NCBI RefSeq assembly: GCF_006345805.1
Contig: NC_043025.1
Span: 16,802,001-16,866,000 of the forward strand
Length of the DNA stretch: 64,000 nt
Direction of reading: 5' to 3'
Source: Octopus sinensis
Lineage: Eukaryota
Made by a program: the position numbers and the translations under genes
The notes under the pieces: model-generated
The model's database searches: none
What the model was told of the DNA's origin: nothing
The model's input: the letters and a program-made list of their open reading frames with translations, nothing else
In this document: one piece after another, positions 52,201-64,000 of the stretch
Position numbering within the stretch: the first letter of the stretch is position 1
Layout of the letters: every line of letters begins with the position of its first letter

Positions 52201-55200
52201 TGAAAATATTTCAAATGTGTATTTGAGAAACAACAAAGAATTTTGTGATCTGTTAGGTAAATATAAGCTATATGAGTGATAATATGCGTATATTATCAAG
52301 AGATCACAAAATTCTCAAAAGTTTCCAGGTTAGAATATGTCAAAATATTTCAAATGTGTACTAGAAAAACAAAAAAATGTGTGATCTCTTCGGTAAAAAT
52401 ATATTAACTGAGTGATAATAGGCTTATATGTATCAAAGTGTTCAGAAAATTCTCAAAAGTTTTCAGGTTAGAAAATGTCAAAATATTTCAAATGCGTACA
52501 TGAAAAACAACAGAAAATTTTGAAATCTGTGAGGTAAATATAAATTAACTGATTGAAGATAATCTTATTTTTATCCAAGAGTTCACTAAATTCTGAAAAG
52601 TTTTCAGGTTAGAAAATGTCAAAATATTTCAAATGTGTACTTGAGAAACAACAAAATATTTTGTGATCTGTTAGGTAAATATAAATTAACTTAGTGATAA
52701 TAAGCTTATATTTATCCAAGAGATCACTAAATTCTCAAAAGTTTTCAGGTTAACAAATATCAAAATATTTCAAATATGTACTTGAAAAACAACAAAAAAT
52801 TTTGAAATCTGTTGGGTAAATATAAATTAACTTAGTGATAATAAGCTTATATTTATCCAAGAGTTCACAAAATTTTCAAAAGTTTTCAGGTTAGAAAATG
52901 TCAAAATATTTCAAATGTGTACTTGAGAAACAACAAAATATTTTATGATCTGTTAGGTAAATATAAGTTAACTGAGTGATAATATGCGTGTATTTATCCA
53001 AGGGATCACTAAATTCTCAAAAGTTGTCAGGTTAGATAATGTCAAAATATTTCAAATGTGTACTTGAAAAACAACAAAAAATCAAGTGATCTTTTAGGTA
53101 AATATATGTTAACTAAGTGATAATATGCGTATAATTATCTAAGACATCACTAAACTCTCAAAAGTTTTTAGATTAGAAAATGTCAAAATATTTCAAATTT
53201 GTACTTGAAAAACAACAAAAAATTTTGTGATCTGTTAGGTAAATATAAATTAACTGAGTGATAATAATCTTATTTTTATCCAAGAGATCACTAAATTCTC
53301 AAAAGTTTTCAGGTTAGAAAATGTCAAAATATTTCAAATGTGTACTTGAGAAACAACAAAATATTTTGTGATCTGTTAGGTAAATATAAGTTATCTGAGA
53401 CAGAATATGCGTGTATTTATCCAAGTGATCACTAAATTCTCAAAAGTTGTCAGGTTAGAAAATGTCAAAATATTACAAATGTGTACTTGAAAAACAACAA
53501 AAAATCAAGTGATCTTTTAGGTAAATATATGTTAACTGAGTGATAATATGCGTATAATTATCTTAGACATCACTAAATTCTCAAAAGTTTTCAGATTAGA
53601 AAATGTCAAAATATTTCAAATGTGTACTTGAGAATCAAAAAAATATTTTGTGATTTTTTAGGTGAAATATAAGTTAAGTGAGTGATAATAAGCTTATATT
53701 TATCCAAGAGATCACTGAATTCTCAAAAGTTTTCAGGTTAGGAAATGTCAACATATTTGAAATGTGTACTTGAAAATCAACAAAAAATTTAGTGATCTGT
53801 TAGGTAAATATAAATTAACTGAGTGATAATAAGCATATATTTATCCAAGAGATCACTAAATTCTGATAAGTTTTCAGGTTAGAAAATGACAAAATATTTC
53901 AAATGTGTACTTGAAAAACAACAAAAAATTTTGAAATCTCTTGGGTAAATATAAATTAACTTAGTGATAATGAACTTATTTTTATCCAAGAGTTCACTAA
54001 ATTCTCAAAAGTTTTCAGGTTAGAAAATGTCAAAATATTTCAAATGTGTACTTGAGAAAAAATAGAAAATTTGTGATCTGTTATTTAAATATAAGTTATC
54101 TGAGTGATAATATGCGTATATTTATCCAAGAGATCACTAAATTCTCAAAAGTTGTCAGGTTAGAAAATGTCAAAATATTTCAAATGTGTACTTGAAAAAC
54201 AACAACAAATTTTGTGATCTGTTAGGTAAATATAAATTAACTGAGTGATAATAATCCTATTTTTATCCAAGAGTTCACTAAATTCTTAAAAGTTTTCAGG
54301 TTAGAAAATGTCAAAATATTTCAAATGTGTACTTTAAAAACAACAAAATTTTTTGAGATCTGTTATGTAAATATAAGTTATCTGAGTGAGAATGTGCGTG
54401 TATTTATCCTAGAGATCACTAAATTCTCAAAAGTTGTCAGGTTAGAAAATGTCAAAATATTTCAAATGTGTACTTGAAAAATAACAAAAAATTTTGTGAT
54501 CTGTAAGGTAAATATATATTAACTGAGTGACAATAAGCTGATTTTGATCCAAGAGATCACTAAATTCGCAAAAGTTTTCAGGTGAGAAAATGTCAAAATA
54601 TTTCAAATTATACTTCAAAAACAACAAAAAATTTCGAAATCTGTTAGGTAAATATTAATTAACTGAGTGATAAAAATGTTATTTTTATACAAGAGTTCAG
54701 TAAATTCTCAAAAGTTTTCAGGTTAGAAAATGTGAAAACATTTCAAATGTGTATTTGAGAAACAACGAAGAATTTTGTGATCTGAGTGATAATATGCGTA
54801 TATTTACCCAAGAGATCACTAAATTCTCAAAGGTTTTCAGGTTAGAAAATGTCAAAATATTTCAAATGTGTACTTGAAAAATAAAAAAAAAATGTGATCT
54901 GTTAGGTAAATATAAATTCACTGAGTGATAATAAGCTTATTTTTATCTAAGTGATCACTAAATTCTGAAAATTTTCAGGTTAGATAATGTCAAAATATTT
55001 CAAATGTGTACTTGAAAAACAACAAAATATTTTGTGATCTGTTAGGTAAAATATAAGTTAACTGAGTGATAATAAGCTTATATTTATCCAAGAAATCACT
55101 AAATTCTCAAAAGTTGTCAGGTTAGAAAACGTCAAAATATTTCAAATGTGTACTTGAAGAACAACAAAAAATTTTGAAATCTCTTGGGTAAATATAAATT

Positions 55201-58200
55201 AACCAAGTGATAATGAACTTATTTTTATCCAAGTGTTCACTAAATTCTCAAAAGTTTTCAGGTTAGAAAATGTCAAAATATTTCAAATGTGTACTTGAGA
55301 AACAATAAAATATTTTGTGATCTGTTAGTTAAATATAAGTTATCTGAGTGATAATACGCGTATATTTATCCAAGAGATCACTAAATTCTCAAAAGTTGTC
55401 AGGTTAGAAAATGTCAAAATATTTCAAATGTGTACATGAAAAACAACAAAAAATTTTGTGATGTGTTAGGTAAATATAAATTAACTGAGTGAGTATATGC
55501 GTGTATTTATCCAAGAGATCACTATATCCTCAAAGTTTTCATGTTAGAAAATGTCAAAATATTTCATATGTGTACTGGAAAAACAACAAAAAATCAAGTG
55601 ATCTTTTAGGTAAATATATGTTAACTGTGTGATAATATGCGTATAATTATCTAAGACATCACTAAATTCTCAAACGTTTTCAGATTAGAAAATGTCAAAA
55701 TATTTCAAATGTGTACTTGAGCTTCAACAAAATATTTTGTGATCTGTTAGGTGAAATATAAGTTAACTGAGTGATAATAAGCTTATATTTATCCAAGAGA
55801 TCACTAAATCCTCAAAAGTTTTCAGGTTAGAAAATGTCAACATATTTCAAATGTGTACTTGAAAATCAACAAAAAATTTAGTGATCTGTTAGGTAAATAT
55901 AACTTAACTGAGTGATAATAAGCATACATTTATCCAGGAGATCACTAAATTCTCAAAAGTTTTCAGGTTAGAAAATGTCAAAATTTTTCAGATGTGTACT
56001 TGAAAAACAACAAAAAATTTTGAAATCTCTTGGGTAAATATAAATTAACTTAGTGATAATGAACTTATTTTTATCCAAGTGTTCACAAAATTCTCAAAAG
56101 TTTTCAGGTTAGAAAATGTGAAAATATTACAAATGTGTATTTGAGAAAGAACAAAGAAATTTGTGATCTGTTAGGTAAATATATGTTATCTGAGTGATAA
56201 TATGCGTATATTTATCCAAGAGATCACTAAATTCTCAAAAGTTTTCAGGTTAGAATATGTCAAAATATGTCAAATGTGTACTAGAAAAAGAACAAAAAAT
56301 TTTGTGATCTATTCGGTAAATATAAATTAACTGAGTGATAATAAGCTTATATTTATCCAAGAGATCACTAAATTCTCAAAAGTTTTCAGGTTAGAAAATG
56401 TAAAAATATTTCTAATGTGTACTTGAAAAGCAACAAAAAATTTTGTGATCTGTTAGGTAAATATATCGATTAACTGAGTGAAAATAAGCTTAAATTTATC
56501 CAAGAGATCATTAAATTCTCAAAAGTCTTCAGGTTAGAAAATGTCAAAATATTTCAAATGTGTACTTGAAAATTAAAAAAATTTTGTGATCTGTTAGGTA
56601 AATACAAATTAACTGAGTGATAATAAGCTTATATTTATCCAACAGGTCACCAGATTCTCAAAAGTTTTCAGGTTAGGAAATGTCAAAATATTTCAAATGT
56701 GTACATGAAAAACAACAAAATATTTTGTGATCTGTTAGGTAAAATATAAGTTAACTGAGTGATAATAAGCTTATATTTATCGAAGAAATCACTAAATTCT
56801 CAAAAGTTTTCAGGTTAGAAAATGTCAAAATATTTCAAATGTGTACTTGAAAAACAATAAAAAAAATTGAAATCTCTTGGGTAAATATAAATTAACTTAG
56901 TGATAACGAACTTATTTTTATGCAAGAGTTCACTAAATTCTCAAAAGTTTTCAGGTTAGAAAATGTCAAAATATTTCAAATGTGTACTTGAAAAATAAAA
57001 AAAATTTGTGATCTGTTAGGTAAAATATAATTAACTGAGTGATAATAAGCTTATATTTATCCAACAGGTCACTAGATTCTCAAAAGTTTTCAGGTTAGGA
57101 AATGTCAAAATATTTCAATGTGTACTTGAAAAACAAAAAATATTTTGTGATCTGTTAGGTAAAATATAAGTTAACTGAGTGATATAAGCTTATATTTATC
57201 GAAGAAGAAATCACTAAATTCTCAAAAGTTTTAAGGTTAGAAAATGTCAAAATATTTCAAATGTGTACTTGAAAAACAATAAAAAAAATTGAAATCTCTT
57301 GGGTAAATATAAATTAACTTAGTGATAACGAACTTATTTTTATGCAAGAGTTCACTAAATTCTCAAAAGTTTTCAGGTTAGAAAATGTCAAAATATTTCA
57401 AATGTGTACTTGAGAAACAATAAAAAATTTTGTGATCTGTTAGTTAAATATAAGTTATCTGAGTGATAATATGCGTATATTCATCCAAGAGATCACTAAA
57501 TTCTCAAAAGTTGTCAGGTTAGAAAATGTCAAAATATTTCAAATGTGTACTTGAAAAACAACAACAAATTTTGTGATCTGTTAGGTAAATATAAATTAAC
57601 TGAGTGATAATAAGCTTATATTTATCCAAGAGATCACTAAATTGTCAAAAGTTTTCAGGTTTGAAAATGTCAAAATATTTCAAATGTGTACTTGAAAAAC
57701 AACAAAAAATTTTGAAATCAGTTAGGTAAATATAAATAACTGAGTGATAATAATCTTATTTTATCCAAGAGTTCACTAATTCTCAAAAGATTTCAGGTTA
57801 GAAAATGTCAAAATATTTCAAATGTGTACTTCAAAACAACAAAATTTTTTGAGATCTGTTATGTAAATATAAGTTATCTAGTGAGAATATGCGCGTATTT
57901 ATCCAAGAGATCACTAAATTCTCAAAAGTTGTAAGGTTAGAAAATATCAAATTATTTCAAATGTGTACCTGAAAAACAACAAAAGATTTTGTGATCTGTT
58001 AGGTAAATATAAATTAACTGAGTGATAATCAGCTTATTTTGATCCAAGAGATCACTAAATTCTCAAAAGTTTTCAGGTTAGAAAATGTCAAAATATTTCT
58101 AATGTGTACTTGAAAAGCAACAAAGAATTTTGTGATCTGTTAGGTAAATATATCGATTAACTGAGTGAAAATAAGCTTAAATTTATCCAAGAGATCAATA

Positions 58201-61200
58201 AATTCTCAAAAGTCTTCAGATTAGAAAATGTCAAAATATTTCAAATGTGTACTTGAAAAATAAAAAAAATTTTGTGATCTGTTAGGTAAATATAAATTAA
58301 CTGAGTGATAATAAGCTTATATTTATCCAACAGGTCACTAGATTCTCAAAAGTTTTCAGGTTAGGAAATGTCAAAATATTTCAAATGTGTACTTGAAAAA
58401 CAACAAAATATTTTGCGATCTGTTAGGTAAAATATAAGTTAACTGAGTGATAATAAGCTTATATTTAACGAAGAAATCACTAAATTCTCAAAAGTTTTCA
58501 GGTTAGAAAATGTCAAAATATTTCAAATGTGTACTTGAAAAACAATAAAAAATTTTGAAATCTCTTGGGTAAATATAAATTAACTTAGTGGTAACGAACA
58601 TATTTTTATGCAAGAGTTCACTAAATTCTCAAAAGTTTTCAGGTTAGAAAATGTCAAAATATTTCAAATGTGTACTTGAGAAACAATAAAAAATATTGTG
58701 ATCTGTTAGTTAAATATAAGTTATCTGAGTGATAATATGCGTATATTCATCCAAGAGATCACTAAATTCTCAAAAGTTGTCAGGTTTGAAAATGTCAAAA
58801 TATTTCAAATGTGTACTTGAAAAACAACAACAAATTTTGTGATCTGTTAGGTAAATATAAATTAACTGAGTGATAATAAGCTTATTTATCCAAGAGATCA
58901 CTAAATTGTCAAACGTTTTCAGGTTTGAAAATGTCAAAATATTTCAAATGTGTACTTGAAAAACAACAAAAAATTTTGAAATCAGTTAGGTAAATATAAA
59001 TTAACTGAGTGATAATAATCTTATTTTTATCCAAGAGTTCACTAAATTCTCAAAAGATTTCAGGTTAGAAAATGTCAAAATATTTCAAATGTGTACTTCA
59101 AAACAACAAAATTTTTTGAGATCTGTTATGTAAATATAAGTTATCTAAGTGAGAATATGCGTGTATTTATCCAAGAGATCACTAAATTCTCAAAAGTTGT
59201 AAGGTTAGAAAATGTCAAAATATTTCAAATGTGTACCTGAAAAACAACAAAAAATTTTGTGATCTGTTAGGTAAATATAAATTAACTGAGTGATAATCAG
59301 CTTATTTTGATCCAAGAGATCACTAAATTCTCAAAATTTTCAGGTTAGAAAATGTCAAAATATTTCTAATGTGTACTTGAAAAGCAACAAAGAATTTTGT
59401 GATCTGTTAGGTAAATATATCGATTAACTGAGTGAAAATAAGCTTAAATTTATCCAAGATATCATTAATTTCTCAAAAGTCTTCAGGTTAGAAAATGTCA
59501 AAATATTTCAAATGTGTACTTCAAAAACAACAAAAAATTTTGAAATCTGTTGGGTAAATATAAATTAACTGAGTGATAAAAATGTTATTTTTATCCAAGA
59601 GTTCAGTAAATTCTCAAAAGTTTTCAGGTTAGAAACTGTGAAAATATTTCAAATGTGTATTTGAGAAACAACAAAGGATTTTGTGATCTGTTAGGTAAAT
59701 ATGACTTATCTGAGTGATAATATGCGTATTTTTATCCAAAAGATCACTAAATTCTCAAAAGTTTTCAGGTTAGAATATGTCAAAATATGTCAAATGTGTA
59801 CTAGAAAAATAATAAAAAATTTTGTGATCTGTTCGGTAAATATAAATTAACTGAGTGATAGAAGCATATATTTATCCAAGAGATCACTAAATTCTCAAAA
59901 GTTTTCAGGTTAGAAAATGTCAAAATATTTCAAATGTGTACTTGAAAAGCAACAAAAAATTTTGTGATCTGTTAGGTAAATATATCGATTAACTGAGTGA
60001 AAATAAGCTTATATTTATCCAAGAGATCATTAAATTCTCAAAAGTTTTCAGGTTAGAAAATGTCAAAATATTTCAAATGTGTACTTGAAAAGTAAAAAAA
60101 ATTTTGTAATCTGTAAGGTAAATATAAATTAACTGAGTGATAATAAGCTTATATTTATCCCAGAGATCACAAGATTCTCAAAATTTTCAGGTTAGGAAAG
60201 GTCAAAATATTTCAAATGTGTACTTGAAAAACAACAAAATATTTTGTGATCTGTTAGGTAAAATATAAGTTAACTGAGTGATAATAAGCTTATATTTATC
60301 GAAGAAATCACTAAATTCTCAAACATTTTCAGGTTAGAAAATGTCAAAATATTTCAAATGTGTACTTGAAAAACAACAAAAACTTTTGAAATCTCTTGGG
60401 TAAATATAAATTAACTTAGTGATAACGAACTTATTTTTATCCAAGAGTTCACTAAATTCTCAAAAGGTTTCAGATTAGAAAATGTCAAATTATTTCAAAT
60501 GTGTACTTGAGAAACAATAAAAAATTTTGTGATCTGTTAGTTAAATATAAGTTATCTGAGTGATAATATGCGTATATTTATCCAAGAGATCACTAAATTC
60601 TCAAAAGTTTTCAGTTTAGAAAATGTCAAAATATTTCAAATGTGTACTTGAAAAACAACAAAAAATTTTGAAATCTGTTAGGTTAATATAAATTAACTGA
60701 GTGATAATATTCTTATTTTTATCCAAGAGTTCACTAGATTCTAAAAAGTTTTCAGGTTAGAAAATGTCAAAATATTTCAAATGTGTACTTCAAAACAACA
60801 AAATTTTTTGAGATCTGTTATGTAAATATAAGTTATCTTAGTGAGAATATGCGTGTATTTACCCAAGAGATCACTAAATTCTCAAAATTTGTAAGGTTAG
60901 AAAATGTCAAAATATTTCAAATGTGTACTTGAAAAATAACAAAAAATTTTGTGATCTGTTAGGTAAATATAAATTAACTGAGTGATAATAAGCTTATTTT
61001 GATCCAAGAGATCACTAAATTCTCAAAAGTTTTCAGGTTAGAAAATTTCAAAATATTTCAAATGTGTACTTCAAAAACAACAAAAAATTTTGAAATCTGT
61101 TAGGTAAATATAAATTAACTGAGTGATAAAAATGTTATTCTTATCCAAGAGTTCAGTAAATTCTTAAAAGTTTTCAGGTTAGAAAATGTGAAAACATTTC

Positions 61201-64000
61201 AAATGTGTATTTGAGAAACAACAAAGAAATTTGTGATCTGTTAGGTAAATATAAGTTAACTGAGTGATAATAAGCTTATATTTATCCAAGAGATCACTAA
61301 ATTCTCAAAAGTTTTCAGGTTAGAAAATGTCAAAATATTTCAAATGTGTACTTAGAAAAGCAACAAAAAATTTTGTGATCTGTTAGGTAAATATAAGTTA
61401 ACTGAGTGATAATCAGCTGTTATTTATCCAAGAGATCACTAAAATCTCAAAAGTTTTCAGGCTAGAAAATGTAAAAATATTTCAAATGTGTACTTGAAAA
61501 ATAACAAAAAATTTTGTGATCTGTTACGTAAATATAAATTAACTGAGTGATAATAAGCTTATATTTATCCAAGAGATCACTAGATTCTCAAAAGTTTTCA
61601 GGTTAGGAAATGTCAAAATATTTCAAATGTGTACTTGAAAAACAACAAAATATTTTGTGATCAGTTAGGTAAAATATAAGTTAACTGAGTGATAATAAGC
61701 TTATATTTATCCAAGAAATCAATAAATTCTCAAAAGTTTTCAGGTTAGAAAATGTCAAAATATTTCAAATGTGTACTTGAAAAACAAAAAAAATTGGTGA
61801 TCTGTTCGTAAATATAAATTAACTGAGTGATAAAAAGCTTATATTTATCAAAGAGATCACTAATTCTCAAAAGTTTTCAGGTCAGAAAATGTCAAAATAT
61901 CTCAATGTGTACTTGAAAAACAACAAAATATTTTGTGAACTGTTAGGTAAATATAAATTAACTGATTGATAATAAGCTTATATTTAACCAACAGATCACT
62001 AAATTCTCAAAAGTTATCAGGTTAGAAAATGTGAAATATCTCAAATGTGTACTTGATAAAAAACAAAAAATTTTGTGATCTGTTAGGTTAACTGAGTTAT
62101 AATAAGCTTATATTTATCCAAGAGATAACTAAAGTCTCAAAAGTTATCAGGTTAGAAAATGTTAAATTATTTCAAATGTGTACTTGAAAAACATAAAAAC
62201 TTTTATGATCTGTTAGGTAAATATAAATTAACTGAGTGATAATAAGCTTATTTCTATCCAAGAGATCACTAAATTCTCAAAAGTTTTCAGGTTACAAAAT
62301 GTCAAAATATTTCAAATGTGTACTTGAAATACAACAAAGTATTTTGTGATTTGTTAGGTAAATATAAGTTAACTGAGTGATAATAAGCTTATATTTATCC
62401 AAGAGATTACTAAATTCTCAAAAATTTTAAGATTAGAAAATGTCAAAATATTTCAAATGTGTACTTTAAAAATAACAAAAAAACACGCGATTTTTTAGGT
62501 AAATATATGTTAACTGAGTGATAATATGCGTATAATTATCCAAGACAACACTAAATTCTCAAAAGTTTTCAGTTTAGAAAATGTCAACATATTTCAAATG
62601 TGTACTTGAAAAACAAAAAAAATTTTGTGATCTGTTCGGTAAATATAAATAACTGAGTGATAATAAGCTTATATTTATCCAAGAGATCACTAAATTTTCA
62701 AAAGTTTTCAAGTTAGAAAATGTCAAAATATTTCAAAAGTGTAATTTAGAAACAATAAAAAAGTTTGTGATCTGTTAGGGAATATAAGTTATCTGAGTGA
62801 TAATATGGTATATTTATCCAAGAGAGCACTAAATTCTCAAAAGTTTTCAAGTTAGAAAATGTCAAAATATTTCAAAAGTGTACTTGAGAAACAATAAAAA
62901 AGTTTGTGATCTGTTAGGGAAATATAAGTTATCTGAGTGATAATATGCGTATATTTATCCAAGAGATCACTAAATTCTCAAAATTTGTCAGCTTAGAAAA
63001 TGTTAAAATATTTCAAATGTGTACTTGAAAAACAACAACAAATTTTGTGATCTGTTAGGTAATTATAAATTAACTGAGTGATAATAAGCTTATATTTATC
63101 CAAGAGATCACTAAATTTTCAAAAGTTTTCAGGTTAGAAAATATCAAAATATTTCAAATATTTACTTGAAAAACAACAAAATATTTTGTGATCTGTTAGG
63201 TAAAATATAAGTTAACTGAGTGATAATAAGCTTATATTTATCCAAGAGATCACAAAAGTCTAAAAGTTTTCAGGTTAGAAAATGTCAAATTATTTCAAAT
63301 GTGTACTTGAAAAACAACAAAATATTTTGTGATCTGTTAGGTAAAATATAAGTTAAATGAGTGATTATTATAAGCTTATATTTATCCAACAGATCACAAA
63401 ATTCTCAAAAGTTTTTAGGTTAGAAAATGTCAAAATATTTCAAATGTGTACGTGAAAAATAAAAAAAAATCACGTGATCTTTTAGGTAAATATATGTTAA
63501 CTGAGTGATAATATGCGTATAATTATCCAAGACAACACTAAGTTCTCAAAAGTTTTCAGATTAGAAAATGTCAAAATATTTCAAATGTGTACTGGAAAAA
63601 CAACAAAAAATTTTGTGTTATCTTCGGTAAATATAATTTAACTAAGTGATAATAAGCTTATATTTATCCAAGAGATCACTAAATTCTGAAAAGTTTTCAG
63701 GTGTGAAAATGTCAACATATTTCAAATGTGTACTTGAAAAACAACAAAGAATTTTTTGACCTGTTCGGTAAATATAAATTAACTGAGTGATAATAAGCTT
63801 AGATTTATCCAAGAGATCACTAAATTCTCAAAAGTTTTCAAGTTAGAAAATGTCAAAATATTTCAAAAGTGTACTTGAGAAACAACAAAAAATTTGAAAT
63901 CTTTGGGTAAATATAAATTAACTGAGTATAATAAACTTATTTTTATCAAGAGTTCACTAAATTCTGAAAAGTTTTCAGGTTAGAAAATGTCAAAATACTT
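37280..64000. repeat. 141-bp AT-rich satellite (Sat4), ~190 monomers, continues past the window end
   Basis: AAGCTT at 37280, 37421 and 37562 (period 141); consensus AAGCTTATATTTATCCAAGAGATCACTAAATTCTCAAAAGTTTTCAGGTTAGAAAATGTCAAAATATTTCAAATGTGTACTTGAAAAACAACAAAAAATTTTGTGATCTGTTAGGTAAATATAAATTAACTGAGTGATAAT. Confidence 0.98.

Noticed and set aside
44380-53000. Compensatory covariation between GAAATC and GAGTTCAC variants across the Sat4 hairpin
   Set aside because: They often co-occur, but exceptions exist (~42835, ~49146, ~50988), pairing needs a 2-nt slip, and shared descent of monomer types explains the linkage equally well.
36292-54627. ORFs at 36292-36501 and 54442-54627
   Set aside because: Chance open frames inside Sat3 and Sat4 monomers; the first repeats its own peptide at the monomer period.

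Overview
This is non-coding, AT-rich eukaryotic (animal) DNA, about 97% tandem repeat. I find no credible protein-coding gene, rRNA, tRNA gene or CRISPR array; all listed ORFs are repeat or low-complexity artefacts. Layout: (1) 1-4589, a compound minisatellite with a 34-bp core plus (AC)n; (2) ~4590-6510, a 1.9-kb island with tRNA-derived SINEs, microsatellites and a 305-bp non-autonomous Helitron with canonical ends; (3) ~6511-33560, a 27-kb array of a 16-bp unit containing 5-kb and 7.7-kb internal duplications; (4) 33561-37279, a 121-bp satellite with a 179/358-bp derivative; (5) 37280-64000, a 141-bp satellite with local higher-order repeats, running off the window. The SINEs resemble, from memory only, abundant Octopus (cephalopod) SINEs, so the taxon is an inference. 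The most interesting signals are structural: the 141-bp monomer carries a 28-bp inverted repeat giving two dyad axes ~70 bp apart, the Helitron 3' hairpin overlaps a longer competing fold-back, and the 16-bp unit has two CpG sites whose CG/TG/CA/TA states swap between domains. All counts and identities were read by eye. I see no evidence of a new protein-based system.
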